Assembly (NCBI GenBank): GCA_040954595.2
Contig: CM082593.2
Coordinates: forward strand, 1,498,901-1,562,900
Direction of reading: 5' to 3'
Length of the DNA stretch: 64,000 nucleotides
Source of the DNA: Balanoglossus misakiensis
Taxonomy: Eukaryota; Animalia; Hemichordata
Position 1 is the stretch's first letter, and each line of letters begins with the position of its first letter. The translations under genes were made by a program, and so were the position numbers. Shown piece after piece: positions 45,944 to 61,738 of the stretch. A model generated the notes under the pieces. It searched no databases. It saw nothing but the letters and a program-made list of their open reading frames with translations, and had not been told where the DNA came from.

Positions 45944-48770
45944 ACAAATATTTGAACAAAAGTACTAAAAGTCCGGGCAATACTAGTATTTCTTAAATTT
46001 CTGGTAATTAATTTCATTAGCGGGATAAACCTTGTGATAACATTTTTTTCCAATAGATATGTTTGCAGATTCAATATCATATTGTTTCACGCACCAAGTG
46101 ACTACATTTGTGTGATATGCAGGTACATGTGTTTCCCCATTTAAGTTTTCTGACGCTAAATATACACTTATTACTTCCCCTGTTTCTGGACCATCTGTTG
46201 GTCTATTGTGTTTAAATTCGCTGACTTACATGTTTTCTTTCTTTCGGTCTGTGACCGTTTTTTTTACGGTTTGCAGGGGGGAAAGTGAAAAACTGCAGAA
46301 ATTAGACCCCTGTTCTGGATCCAAAAAATTCCCCAAAGAATTTGAATGACAAAACATGTATCTCTCAGAATCTTTGGTGTTAATTCTGGAATATGATTTG
46401 TCCGGGAAGAAAAGTGTTCAGATGTTGCATATATCACACAGATACAAAGTATGGATTTGCTGTTTATCTGTTCTGTAATTTTTTTTAAAGATAAGTATGA
46501 TTGGATCTAACAGATTGGACACTGGACAGTTTGTTTATAAAAAAGACCACAAAGGACTCGGCTCTTTGTCTTTGCCACGTGTTATAGTCACGCTTGCTGT
46601 GCAGTTGAGCGAAGGCTATAATGTACATGTGGTTGTTAATCCCCCAAAACAGTTATCTTGACCTGCTGGACATGCACAAAAATGCCACACATCACAAATA
46701 TCATGGCTGTGGAAAATTTCTGGAACAGATGCACGTACGAGAAACGTGTCACTCTCAACTTTTCATATCATATGACACCACTCTATGGGCCGTAAATTGT
46801 GAAATGACAGATAAAGGTAATGTATCATCATTTTCTTCTTTTTTCCTGGCAAATGCAAATTGGTCAAAATTGACATCTCTTGGCATCCCAGATTTGGTGA
46901 GTTATAAATGTAGCATATGGAATACAAATATTTACCAAAGTATTCAACAAAACACCAACCCTGACAAAAAAATTTCACCACGTACAAAATTGACAGAGAA
47001 ATATTTTATTCGCTTTGTATACTGAAATAAAATTTGGTCGACCCGAGCCTCTAGCCGTTGTTCAGCATCACAGATTTTGAATATAAATGAAGAGAAAATT
47101 GAACTCTGACCTTTCAGTTTATTGTGTTTAATTACTGCCAGGAATGTGGACACATTATCTACAGTGGCTGGCCAATGAAGTCAAGTTCTGTTTCAATAAC
47201 GTTGCATAGATTCGCCTACCAGTATATCGGACACGTGTATATACACACATCAAGTCTGTGGGAGGTGGAGGTTTGCATGTAGGGGATGATAGTTTGTGTC
47301 ATTCTGAGTTGCTGTGTATAGTACCAGATCAATTGGCGTCGTACAATCTGCTATCTGACGACATACATTACTATTACACAACATTCAATGTCTTCAATGA
47401 GTATTGATCTGTTGCAGCCATTTTGCTGGCCTTCATGCAAAAAATAAAATCAATCAAAAGAGCGAGTCTAAAACATCTCCTGTGTGTTTTCAGTGTCCTT
47501 TATCAAAAATACGATCTTCTCGTAAGGACTTATCCAGATTTCTTTCTTCTAAAATTCAGCATGGACTTGAAAATTGATCTAAATTACGCAAAAAACTGTG
47601 AAATTGTCCACACAACTGACAGGACATTTCCAACACTTTCAAGTTGGGTGACCTTTGACATATGACCGATTCTCGAAAGTTGAACCCTTAAATTTTATGC
47701 CCCTTTTAACAGCAATGGTATTTCGACACACTTGTGCCACAAAAGAACAGAAACTTTTGAAGATGGATCAAAATAACGCAGTAATTCTTCTGCTATTCTG
47801 CATTTAAGAATCTCCCAAATACAAAATTAATTTTGAATATTCGTTTTAACACCCACGCATTTAAAGTTATTTTTACGACAATAAATAATAACTGACGTCT
47901 ATGCTGGTTAGAAATTTTGTGATCAGAGATGGCAATCCTCATTAATTTTTTTATTGTACATAAAAGTAATTTAAAAAATACTGGTATTTTTTTTAAATTA
48001 TACCAATACAACAAATTACGATGAACAGGTTCCTGTGTTTGGATTGAAAGATCTAATCACTAGATGTCAGGTTTTGATTCTGTAATTCTCGACTCTAAGC
48101 TGTAGATAAAAGGAAGAATATCTCTCAGGGGGACCTTAGCTAGCATTTGCAGAAAATACTACAACCTGCATAAACACCTGCTTTGTAGTTCTGTTCAATA
48201 ATTTGCGCCCACAAAAATACGGTTCTGAATAAGCCCACTTGATATTCCTGAAGCACCCACGCTCAGGTAAACCCTCCCCCTCTTCGGAAATGATGCGAGG
48301 AAAAAGTTTGCCTCATCGTGGTCAACTTACTGTGGGCAGTGTCGCCATTACCATGGCAACCATTCAGACAGACATTAATTTCAGTACATTTTCCTTCACT
48401 GGATTTTTTTCTCTCTCCTGAAGGATAAAAATTTCTCTGGAAAGCTCTCTGGAGTTGGTCAGATGGATCTTTGAAATGTTATGTAACTCACCACATTATG
48501 TGTTGGATACAATCACATTGCAGCACATGAGAGAACATTTTATTTATACACCGGTGGTGTGTTTTTGCTGGTTGAGTAAACATTTTCTGTTTTTGGAGGG
48601 TTGACAGCTGGTAGGCAAGGTTTGCGTGGCTGAGGGATGTCACTGAACAGCCATCAGTTCAAATTCTGCACTTTACAGTGGTTCGCACTTTCTAGCATTG
48701 GACACATGCCTGTTGCAGTTCCTTCCATTGGGGTGGGGTGGGGAATATGCAGATTTATCCTTTATTAAAG

Positions 48771-48807
48771 TGTGTGTGTGCGAGCACGTGTGTGTATGTG
48801 TGTGTGT
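48771..48807. repeat. Imperfect (TG)n microsatellite
   Basis: Directly visible. Confidence 0.8.
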
Positions 48808-49410
48808 CAATTTTATTTCTGGGACTCTCTCCCCTACACCAGTTTCTATAGCAATTATTTAAGTCTTAAAGGTTAAAACGGTAACATATGCACCTAAGCT
48901 GTATCAGCCACCCAATGTGGGCAAATTGTACCGATTTTAAAGTGTTACACACTGACACAGAACTGTTGCACCACTTACAAAAGGCATGCAGGGATTGACA
49001 AACATTGGCAGTATCTACTTACAATGAATCTCTCTTGTGCCAGTGACAATCACTTTGATTTCAACATGCCTCTAAAACAACACCCAAGCCCTCCTTCTTC
49101 TCTCTTCACCATCCATTTTTCTTTCAATTGCAGGCAATAATATCACTCTATATTTTTTGCACTTCCATTTTTGCACCTGCTGATGGCTGTTGCATCAGTA
49201 TGCACACCTCCCTTACCAACAATTCTCGTCAACGCGCTCCTCCCATTGAGAGGTTCAGCCAGCGCTTAGGGAGTGATATTACAAGTTGGGAAAGCCTTGT
49301 GTAATCTAATTACCCACACAGAAACAAGGAGAGCTGTATGCACAAGGTTCATTGCGATCAACTTTACAGTGGTTAGTAAATATTTCCTCCCCATCACTTC
49401 TGATGGTGCG

Positions 49411-49486
49411 TACACATGCATGCATGCACACACGTACACACATGCACACACACACACACACACACGTACACACACACACACACACA
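49411..49486. repeat. Imperfect (CA)n microsatellite
   Basis: Directly visible. Confidence 0.9.
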
Positions 49487-50520
49487 TAGAGGACACTCTG
49501 CCCTTGCTAAACCGATCCCAGTTTCACAAATGATCTTTTGATCTTTTCAGTATCAACGAAAACATTGTATGGTGACTATGAAAATAAACAAGCATGTACA
49601 TTACTTTGTAATAAAGAGCAGATGTATAGGTACTATTTTTAATTTGGTTAATAGTTTTCCTATAATTTTAAATGATTCCACAGATATTGCACAGTAGGAT
49701 AATTTCTATTGACACCAATATCTCAACTTCTCTCAGTTTTGATAAAATAATTGCATCAATTTTATATGTTTCTCCTGATTTTATTTTTCTTCTGAAAAGA
49801 GGAGAAATCATAACAATACTTCATGACTGCAGGGATGTATATTTTGTCGGGGAAAAATTTCAGATGGGAAAATAAACGCAGACTGTTGAGTTGACAGAAT
49901 GAAATAAATTATGATTGATGGCTTTTATGATAAACCATCATGCATGCTCTGACCTGCTCAATCGGCAAACTCACAGGCAGTGAAACTAAAATTCCGAAAT
50001 GTCTTGAATCAAACGAGAAATACTCTCAAATTCACAAAAAGAAACAACTATTGGCTGCATCTTAGTAGATATCTACCTGCTGCCTAAATGAATCTAGTTT
50101 AAAAATAGAGAAAAAAACGAAATGCGTCAAGATTCTCAATCCCGGGACTTGTAATTTCATACCTGTATATATACATGCACATGTATGACTGATATGAAAC
50201 GAATTATGAGGCTAAAAATAAATTCATTAATTTGTGGCAACCACAGCGAAACAGTAAAATAAATGCTCAATCGGAGTGGGCAAAAGTGCCAGAATTGCAA
50301 ATGTCACCATTATAAAGCAAGAAAAGGTTACCACAAAGAGATATAATGTATAAAAGCTCTCAGATTACATTTTTCTATTTGAAGTATAACTCCAAATAAT
50401 GCTATTATTGGCATGCTCCACTCTTCTTACTGAAAATCTGTTTGTTCTTTTTCCTTAACTGAATATTTTTTCCCTCAAGAATACACAGGTGATACTCATA
50501 ATTGTTTGACCAGATGGATG

Positions 50521-50594
50521 TAGTCTAGAATCTAGGCGTCCCATAGCGACTATCGTTTCTGTCAAACCCGATAAGGTGTCTAGATTATAGACTA
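50521..50594. mobile_element. Very short hairpin/MITE-like element
   Basis: Left TAGTCTAGAATCTAGGC versus reverse complement of right TAGTCTATAATCTAGAC (15/17); 74 bp; TA ends. Confidence 0.55.
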
Positions 50595-53185
50595 TAAGGT
50601 CTACACACTACTGTATTTTATAGGTATAATACTTGCTGTACATGTGCATCTATGCAGGTGTGTTTTCCAACTCTAACTCCAACTCGACACAACACAAAAC
50701 GTTTATATGCTCACTATATACTGTGAACCTTGTTCTTCAAATGACAGTTATTTAGTCGATTAGAAGTCTTCAGTTGCAACAGAGACCTTACATACATAAT
50801 TACTTTTGGTATTTCACTTTCAATAATTTACAATGCCCCTATCCCTGCGGCAAATATTGTATATGGACCTTTTATAATCAATGATTATATGCAGACACGT
50901 CAAAGTTAAACATCTTGCGCCAACAGCAGGAAATTTAGACTAAATTTCAAGGAGAGAGTTTGTCACACAACCTTTCATCAAATTTGACATCACTCTTGAA
51001 ACATGAAAAGTGAATTTTTGTTACTTGACATGGCTATTACAGTTGCTATCTTGAATTCTACGAAGCTGTTGATGACGAGAATCTTTCTCAGGGCTAGAAT
51101 CGTATTACACATGAATCCATTTCCTTACAAGCCACGCACTCTGCCATCTTCGTGAATAATTTATAGTTTATTCTCTACTTCTAAAGAAAACATTTCTGGT
51201 ATTGATAGAATCATGGAAAATGAAACAACCATATTTTATTGTGAAGAAATATCTTCCAGATCAACAGCACACCAGTTTCATTTATGGAAATTTTTCACAT
51301 AAACATTTTTTATACAGTATTGATTCCATCTCAATCTCTATATATACTCATTTTTTGTTGGATAATATTTTCTGCTTAGAATGTTTTTAAAAACCCAACA
51401 TTTCACCTGGGATGTATGATTTAACGTTTAAAGTCGTACATGATTTACCTGTCAGTTTTAACATGTTTTATCTTAATATTGCTAGGTCTGAACATACATT
51501 TCATTTTGTAATATTTTCTCATTTTTCTGTAAGACAATAATTCCCGAAATGGTCGCAAATTAACCCGTATTACAGTGATGAACCACACACGTAGTGTGGA
51601 AATACATCGCAGCAAAGCATTGTGGGCATTGTGATGCAACATGGGAAATCTGGGAATCTTATGGCAGTGGGTGATGGAAATGAACAGGGATTATTTCACA
51701 CCAAAAATATTCCACATTTGAATCATTTTTGAGCTGGATTTGTCCGACATCTGGCAATGCACAGCGTAAGAGCTTACGATCATGGCATCAGTGGTATTTG
51801 GCCGGCATATTTGCATAACTGTGACAGGGGCTGACGTTCATATTTCTTTTCATTTTAAGTGGATTTCAACACAAAGTGATTTCAAAAGGTCATCTACAGG
51901 CTAGCCACGTGCAGGTGCACCCGTTATTTGTTTCGCTTTAAACAAAGACAATTTTTCCTGACAAACTTGAAATGTTCATTTCTGTTAATTTATTCTTTTT
52001 TTTGTATTTTTTCAGTTCAAATCTCACTTATCTGTCTGGATATTTTTCTGTCATATATATTTCCAGAACAAGTTGAAACAAATCTCTGTCTCAAAATAAG
52101 ATGCTGGCACTGAGTCAGAGACCTGCCCTGTAGTCTCACCCAAATCAGATCGCACAAAAACATGTACCGACACATTCAACTTGTTATTTGCTAATCACAC
52201 AAGAATCGTGTTTTTCAACACAAAGTCATGATAAGATATTGAGTTGTACATGTATCTACTTTACACGATCTTAATTCCAACAAGGCTCACTTGCTGCTCA
52301 CTGCAAAATTTCCAAATCAATTCAAGCTTTTACAAATTTGCCCGCGGTCATGAATACGCTATAGCGCACTTCAAGAGCTAAAAACCAATAATTCCTTTTG
52401 TGAAATTTCTGTAGAACTTTGTGTTTGGTTTCAACAGCAAATTTTGAAGCTGAAATCAAGTGAATATGACCCCCAACAGAGATACCTAACGCTTCTATTC
52501 ACTGCAGATGTGCGAATTTAAATCGTCGACCAACTCGCGTTTAGATCACTGACTGGATTGTCCGGTAAATGTTTGGGTGAAAGAGATCCAAAGCTGAAAT
52601 TTCTCGTAAACTTCTGGATTGCCTACAAACAAGGTTTGTGGTGTACGCTTACCATTGATGGAAGCCAAACAAAGGTGTCCTCACACACACATCAAACAGG
52701 TATTTTTGTGCCGAATACAAAAACGTTACAAACGGCTATGAATAGGGAGGCATATTTGGCATTTTACAAGATTCTTGCTGGGTGGTCAGACATGCCCAGT
52801 TGTTCACTTACTGCGGCACATAAATGCACACGGTTTTCTCTCTCAGTCTCGATCATTACATCAGAATCGCACCAACAATAGCAGGATGACAATGCAAAAC
52901 TTTACACCCCAATCTCTAACTTAACTTGCTTTGAAAGTGCAAAAACAATGAATCAATTAACTCCACAAGGTGATGAGGACAATACCTATTAACACCTTCA
53001 CCTTTCATGACAGAATCTGCCCATTCAAAACGTCACAATCTCAAACTCATGGAAGCCCTAATAACCTTTCCATCAAAAGGCTTCTTTTGCAATGTTGTTC
53101 ACATTTGCAAAAACAAAGAATGAATGGACTCTGAGTAATACTCTTAGAATTTCAACATTTAGAATAATACATGACTGCTTGTATG

Positions 53186-53304
53186 CACTGTAAAACTTTC
53201 TGTAATTGCTCCTGTATAAAGTAGGGTCCTGAAGCAGTTTAATTTATTTACTGACCATTAGTTTGGTATAGTTTTAGGGAATATTTTTTAATTCTTTGAC
53301 AGTG
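53186..53304. mobile_element. Degenerate short element with CACTGTAAAA...TTTGACAGTG ends
   Basis: 10-bp inverted termini with 1 mismatch; CACTG starts occur in animal non-autonomous EnSpm/CACTA-type elements. The TIR is short, so support is weak. Confidence 0.35.
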
Positions 53305-56300
53305 TAAACAGTTGAGTACCAATGACTCAGCAATAATACAACTCCTGGGGACTTGCATGTAATTCATATACTGCGCGCAAAAAAGTTTGTAGGACTGTCC
53401 TTTTTCTGAAAATCTGACCGAGAGGGGTGACTGTACTACCTTAAAAAGTAATCATGAACCAAAACTATGATAACACTTCCCATTAGAAGTCGTCTGTTGA
53501 CACAATGTCACATATCACTAGGTCAGACATCGGAGATATTTGTGGTCATTGTGCAAATATTCCTTGGGCGGACCATGCAAGGAAATTTAAGCGAGCAAAT
53601 ACCCACTGAAAGAAATTCTTCCTTGAAATATGAGTAACAATTTTCTAGGTGGGGCAAAAAAATGGTATTATATTCACAAATCATATTATCGTGTATCCCA
53701 TATCTTTGCATATTTATCAGACTCTTTAATGAGGAGATCTGTCGATAGTGGGGTCAACGTAGCAATGTCTGAACGACCTAGCAGTTTTCAATATGCTGTA
53801 ACCTGGCCTAGTTTTTCTGACCGGTGACCTATAAGCTTCAACAGAGGTGACCTCCACCACAAGTGGCCATTACTGGCCGCGTAGTGATCATTGTCACCTT
53901 TTTGAAATCTTCAATTACTGTCATAATCGCTCAACCATTTTTCTGTGATTCATTTCAATAAGGTTTTCCTCTCTGAGAAGTGAAGACAGTCAGAATTTGA
54001 GTAGGCGAGACTGTGAGGGGGAGGGGGGACCATGAGATGGTGGACACAAATTTCGACAAGACAATCAAAATGTTTTCAAACATCAAGTACACGTGCTCTG
54101 AATAAGCCCCTCTCATGACAAGGTCAAGAGCACTCATCAAAAGGTCGGAAACTAATGGAACTTTTTTGTATGGTCTGGCGTCCTGACGTTACTGAACTGG
54201 CATACAAAGCCTTGTACCTACACAGCTGTGTCTGGTGACATTCAGTTGTTTTGTCAGTTTTCTAAAATCCTGTTTGTGGACATAAGAAAAACAACACCAA
54301 ATCCCCTACTAGTACTACTGTCTCTTATTATATTGTATGGTGACATCATAACTTTTGGCAATTTTCAAATATTTTGTGGTGATAACGAACTATGTTCAGA
54401 TTTTCGGCTATGGATAAAAAAGTGACAATTTTCCAGAAATCCGTTATAAAAATCAGATAGTGAAGTTTAGAATAGTGTGACGCTGTACGGGTATGTTTAA
54501 TTTCAGGGCAAATGTTAATTTGTTACAATTGGCATTCAAATATTCCAGTCAAACAAAATAAGTCTACTTACAGGATTCCTGCTAATGATCCACAATACTT
54601 GAAAGGTTTTAGTCAATTTACAAATGTCACCAGAAGAAAAAAACAAAGGAAGTACACACAGTGTGTGCAATTTCATGAAATTGATATACATAAGATTGCC
54701 ATACAATATAGATGAGACTACCACCCTCTGAACAAATACATGTAGCACTGCCCACCACACTGGCAAAGCCTGTAGGAGGGACCAGAAATGCTTAGCACAC
54801 CCGCACACTAATAGTTTGAGCCTCCACCAATACAGGAAACTGTGGGAGTACTATGGATAAGGATGGCTGACTATATTAAATTCAATTTTTCTGGAGTGCG
54901 TCAACTGACATCATTTCCACAGGAAAAATCACGGACAAGATTCCAGAAATAACAGGCTTTCTCCAACTTCCTGTTTATAGCCATGGCAAAAAAAGAAAAC
55001 CCTTGGAACACAAATACAAAAGAATAATGCATACTTAAATAGTAATAATTATTATTTCCGGCATGAACAGTAGGAGGGCACTGGGGATTAACAAGGTAAC
55101 AGTTTAGCTCTGGACATTACCAATTAAATATATAAGATTTTGCATTGTGATGAGAAGAAGATTTTTTTTGCCGTTTTCCCATGTTTCAAGTTCTGCCAAT
55201 CACAATTTATGATTCAAACCATCTCTGTTATATCCAGACACTTCAAGGATGCAGATTCTGACACAAACACCCACATTTACATTGAAGGTACCCCCAAGCT
55301 GCGTTGAAAAGCAAATTGGTACAAAATAAAAGACAAGAACCTTGACAATTAATGAGGTATCATTTATTTTCCTCTCTGTTGCCAAGGCAACAACTGACCT
55401 TTTCTATAAAATCATAATTACCATGGTGACCAGATGTCAATATATTAAATGGTTTGTCCCTGCCAAGTAAAGACACAACGTGCATGTAAATCAGTTGCCT
55501 TCATTCAAAAGAACATTTCGAAATTAAGTCGGTTTTTGAATGGAAATGTTTCGTTATTTGATGACGTTCTCTCATTGTTGGCAAGCCACGCTCCTACCCC
55601 TCTAGTTAGTCAACACACCCGCAAAAAGCACACAGTCCTACAGGGGTTATTTCACTGTTGTCACTAATAAAGGGGTAAACGTGATCAGAAGAGGTTTCAT
55701 ACTCTTGGCAGGAAAGTAACCGTGGCGTACGCAAGTGTTCATTTTACTTTTCCGACCGCCTGATCAAAAATCGGCTTCTCTGATCAATTACGACCCTCAA
55801 CTCACACAGAACAAGAGACAAGTATAACTTGGACTCTGACCTTTATAATTTTACACGGGAATTCATGATGCAAAGCATGTCAATTCTGAATGCCCTGTCC
55901 AGTCAACAATCAACTGGGCCGTCCCCCTCGTTGTTTGGGCTCTGACTGGACTATACATGGGTCAGTAAACTTTCAACAGCAGACAACAGGATATGCTATG
56001 TAGGGCAATTGACCAAAGACAATGTCCTCCCTGTAATTACCAGGTTTGACCACTCTAATCTATGTCTGCATTCAAACCCCCACTCTTCTGACAAATCTCC
56101 CTTCCTTTCACTTGTGACCTACATCCCCCTTCCCCACTTTACATCATCAGATAAATATTTGATGACTGCAAAGTTGCTGGATTCATTTCTGATCAGATAA
56201 ACTGCAATAAACTTCCTGGCTATATAGCCTATTGTAGATTATTATTTATTTCAGGAATGAGTCTTGTTACTGTATTTTTTGATGGTGCTTTTGAGAACAT

Positions 56301-59300
56301 TTAGTAAAATAGAAACCTAAGATATATTCCCCCAAATTACACATCATTCTTTGCGTGTCAATCCCATAAGCACAGTGTTATTATGAATTATTAAACATTT
56401 TTCTTAGTTTTCATTCTGTACGTCAGATGTGGGTCAAACCACATTTTACCCTAAAAAAAAAAATAAATACAGATAATTGTTGATTATTTTTTTAAGGATA
56501 CCAGCACCATTTATTGATGTTATCTATATTATTAGTGCAAATGGCACCATTTAAAATGGCTCCATGCTGCTATTGTCTGCCACCTTTTTGTCAAACTCAT
56601 TAACAGTAATCAGTCAAGTCATGCCAGAAGATGACTGATTTTTGACGCCACCAAATATTTCACCATTACATCGTTTCGGCCACAAAAAGTTAAAATGGCA
56701 GATCAAATTTGCCAGCCACCATCGTACCCAAGTTAATTACCAGTAACTCTCTTCAAATATGGTTCAAAGACAGACTGACCGTTATAGTATAAAACTTTAC
56801 TGATGAGAGAAAAAAGCCTGGGTTTAAAAGAAAGCTTCAACAGCAAAAGTGCTAACAGGTTCAACTTATACAGTAAAGGAACACAATCGTCTCACATTCA
56901 GCCAATGAAATCATGTCGCACTTGTTGCCAATTTTCAAACTCTCCTTCACAAACAACATGGCTTCACCGACCAATATTGGCACAAATCCAAGAAAACAAC
57001 TGTTCTTTCTGGTTGAGCTGACAGCATCAATGCCTTGTGGTACACTATCTTATCTTGAAAATTTTCCATGTTTTTTTTTCCGTTCAGCAGCTAGATGGAA
57101 GTACCAGGAACAAACTGACTCATCCAGTGGAAGATATCCAAGAAACTGACAGTGCTATAAACACAAGATTGAGTGTCAGATCAGAGCAAAATATACCGAC
57201 GATCAATGTGTGAGCACCTACCCAATTGCACCTTCCCTCTATCACAGAGAAACTGTTCCAAACTGTGATAAGAATCTTAGAAAACCAACGCACAACTTGT
57301 AAAAGATAGCGTCCATCGAAATACTATGATAAAAATATCTTGACTACTTTTTGGGACCAACAAGACAATTTATATCTGATAATAAAGCAAGGTAGATCAA
57401 GAACTTCAGATGTTAATATTTTTCTCAAGAAAAATCTTCAATTACGTGGTGAGCTATACGCTCCATATGGCAGGTAAAATTCAATACAAAACCACCATTA
57501 TTCCTGTACAGTGACTCAGTTCAACTTATAAACATTTCTGACTGGTTGACCGGTTGTTACATAATTTGTGATCATTAGCGTTCAATGACTTTGTCAGATA
57601 AACACTTGTTGATGGTACAAGAAACTTGCACTGAAGTGCCCACGGGCTTATAATCTGAAAAGTTTGCAGAAAAACAAGAGACTGGTGTATATTATAACAG
57701 AACTGTTATTTCCTTTCAAACAGCCAATACAGACAGAACCAAATCAAACTTGGGCCTATACATTTTAAGATATATCTTACAAGTTACAGAATCAGAAAAA
57801 AGATAAATAATGTAAAATATTAAAATAAACTTAATCTTGTTAAATTATTTTTTTTGTTAAATTTATTTAATTATTAAATTGATATAAGGTGATTCCTATC
57901 AGAAGGTACAAGGGATTGGTAAAGTGAAATGTATTCCCTCAGCTATCAGTCAGAAGTTGCTGTTCAAAATCAGTTAATTGTCAGAAATCTGTTTCTTGAC
58001 GACACAAACTACGCAGAAATTTATTTTTCAGTGATTGAAAAATATAGTAGAGCTGAATCAGCATATAAACATATCAACCACGTCCACGGCACCAACGTGT
58101 TGTATGACGTCACAAGTTTAATGGCTGACAATGACCTAGTGACGTCTGTGATATCCCACGTATTATTGTTTAAAATCACGGGAAACCCACGTACGAGTAT
58201 CTAAGCACGGAACAGAGGTCAACAATCTATAAAACCTGATAGTTGCCTAACTAGGGTTTTTCAATAATTAGGGGCCATCATGCTAACTGTTGACACAATC
58301 GGTCGGTCGTTTACCAGAGGAAACCACAGAAGAACATATTATCAACGTTTGGTTTTGGTGGAGCTGGCGAATGCTTAAGGGGAACTTGAGTAGTTGACCC
58401 CAATATTTTTTTTGTAAGTCTTGCTGACAGGTTGGTGCATACACTGGCATAGCTTGTCGTGGTGCATGGTGCTCTGAAATTGGGCCTATCCATTTGGCAA
58501 CAATGGACCTCTTTACACAGTTTCTATTGTGGAGCAAACACACTATGCAAAGCGGCCGGCCCCAGCAGAATGCACCACGACAGGCGAGTACGCTACGCTG
58601 TTCTTTTCAGTCTGGGGAAACACACGACATCTCACACTGTCGGGGGAGTTGCTGTTTTTTTGGTGGCGTAGTAAAAATCACTGTTTAAGGAGCTAAGGAA
58701 CAACAATAGCATAATTAAACAACACTCTATACACTCTGCCCTGAGTATCGCTCTTTTTACAGATCTATAATGAGTCTTCCGAGATAACCTTCATAGCTCC
58801 GTACTTGACTCTAAAGTCCTATCCTTCAAAATAAATATACCATATTAAATAGCGGAAAAAAAAAATCTCTCAAGGCCGGGTCAAACTCAAGCAACAATTG
58901 AAATAAGAACCAGCAACAAAAGATATGCATATTGTCACAATTGTTAAAAACAGACCAGGTATGTATATTTCTGTTGTTCATTTCATGGATATGTGTCTGT
59001 TAAACAAGGACTTGATAAGCCTCCTTCGGGTGAACCGAGTGCTTGTCAAATCTGATCAGTGAGCATCGACAACCTGACTGTACCCTACTTGTCACTCACT
59101 CACACACACAACAACCAAAAACAGAAAACACACACGCTCACTCACAGGTTAATAATAATATATCTGTGTCCGAGATCTCGCCACGGGAACGCTGATCTGT
59201 GTATCGACACACAGTCACACTCTTGGGGATAGTCGTGTCGGGATGATCATCTACACTAGTGTAACATCAATGTGGATAAAACACAATAAAAGGTGTCGGG

Positions 59301-61738
59301 GACCATCGAACACTGGTGTTCAGTGGGAAGCCCTGTATATAATTATTGTGTTCAATCCACATGGTATAGGGTGTACATTATGAGTAACTACTTTACACTA
59401 ATATTTATCTAAAGAGCAACTTACACTTCCTGGCTGTCCAGAGGATTCTATACTCCTTGTTCCAACTCTCTGAATTATCTGCTGATACCGGGGTACTGAC
59501 CACTAATTCTGGCTATTACGTAGTCTTTCTTTTTTACTTCAACTGTCTGTGTCAATGGACAAGCTTTTTTGTTGAGCGATTTAACCCCTTCACTGGCTGC
59601 TGATTCGGAAGAGACCATTTGTGATCACGGGGTGAGCTGTGGTGAGCGTAAGCCTGACCTCAAAATATCCTCGGTCGTTGATTTCTGTTTACTATGTGAT
59701 CACAATCACGCACAGATGTACTGTTTTCTTGTTTTTACACTGAGTTTTGAACCACATTTATCCGGTTAAAATCACCCACGGCAACAAAGCGTCAATTTCA
59801 TCACCCCCTCTGCGGAGAAATACACATGTCCCACTCACACAGCTCTTGTCTATTGTATCAGTAACAGAACAAAAGCCAATACTCATGAATATTAACAATT
59901 GCTTGCTAGATTTACATATCAAGGTACTGCCTGATACATACACAGGTTAGTTAATGATTAAAAGACAAAGCCCTACAACACCAGAGCACACAGAAACCAA
60001 ACATTACCAAAAAATCATCCTCACTGAACATAAGAAACTTCCACTTTAAAAAGAAGTGACAGTTTCAATGCAACAATCAACATTATCTAATTAATGAAAT
60101 GTACAACCTGGAAAAAATCTGTCACAGTTACATAAAACACTTAATTAGCCCTGCTGGTTTGTTGTGTTTTTCTGCTGTCTTCCAGGCATGGTCAGTTTGA
60201 GGCAGACAATTAATTAGCTAAGAAAGCTTGCAACTTTTGTTGTACCAACACCTTAAACATTACAATTGAATATTTACAAGTTGTTCCACCTATAATGACC
60301 TGTAGCCTGTACACGATTTTCTAAGCACCTTGCATTTAGTCAGTTATAAAACAAAACAAATACTATTATCTCAACAGGTGAAGTTTCTAGAAAGTTTTTA
60401 CTGCAAATGAAGCAGGTGAAAATTAGGTTTGCAAATGATCATCTGAACAGGTCAAACATTTTGTTCACAGCAAAATCCGAGAAGCACTGTGCAAAGTAAT
60501 TAGTTAACAAGACTTAACACCTCCACAACTGTTGGGTTATTGTAAATTCAGTCCAATGGTCAAAATGTTATCTTTATTGAGTAATTGAATTCAACTGAAT
60601 GAATGCCATGATGTGATAACAAGTTTATGTCTAAAGGACATACAACAAAGTTGGCATGCATCATGACATGCAGTGACACACAGACAGACAGACAGACAGC
60701 CACCCATACACACTCACAATGTTCTAGATCTCTCCACCCCACACCTCCTATGATAACATACACAAAAACAACCTTATTTCACATCCATTCTCCCCCACTA
60801 TCTATCTATAGGTGTATCACTGTGAATCTCCTCATATCTGTCCATATCTATCTGCCTGTCTCTCTCTGTCAATTTCCGAATCAGTACAGTATCGATATCA
60901 AACACCAATTAAAAACTAATTTTAGATTTTGCTTGATATGATCATTTTTGCCTGAAGGTGGCATACATTTCCAATCTCCTGATATTCATCAAGTTCAAAG
61001 TCAGTGGGGTGTGTAGTTGGGAAGCTGGGTTTCATATGGAGAGGAGGTTGGCTGCATATAAGGAGGAAATGATAGATTATACAGAATGTTTTCCTGGAGT
61101 CATGTGGAATGGTTCCTGTTTGTGTGACTATTAGGATATGAAGTCAGTGGAGAAAATAAACTGATACACTGAGTGTGGACAATCTATCTGGTATGGAGGA
61201 CTAACATTATGGCGAACTCCATCACAAATTTGAGGATTTCTAACAGATATCTGACATTTGTGAAGCATAGACTTTGCAGATATGACAACCTGATTGGGCG
61301 GAGTGAGTTTGGACTTTGGTGGTCGAGCTGCACTGCAGTGACATGTATCTGTGTGCTTGGTCTTTGTGGAGAAACTGTATGGACATTGCAACGGTGTGGC
61401 ACGTCACCTGAATTTCTGAATTGAAAAAAATGCTAAGGGGCATTTTCTCCCTCCCTTGGAAACAAGTCGGACAAATAGAAAGGATGATGGCATTTTGTGT
61501 TGACAGGGCGATGTCATCAACAGGTTAGACAGAGTCCTGAGGTGGATGTGAGAACCGTCAGACACAATAGACACCGGCATAGTAGCCGACCGGGACCGTT
61601 GGGTGTAACCACTTTTTGGTTTGTTGTTTTGCAATGCAAGGGATGTAAACAGTTGCTAGCCGGCATTGTGGCCACCTCAGATATACTGTAAGCTGTCTTT
61701 TAGCGATGCACTGGTCCATTTCACCAGCCGCGTTCCTT

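Noticed and set aside
55671-55797. Degenerate inverted-repeat element (AGGGGTAAACGTGATCAGA...TCTGATCAATTACGACCCT)
   Set aside because: Termini match too poorly to call without copy-number evidence.
59012-59049. Small hairpin TTGATAAGC...GCTTGTCAA as an ncRNA or miRNA
   Set aside because: Too short and bulged; no recognisable RNA family.
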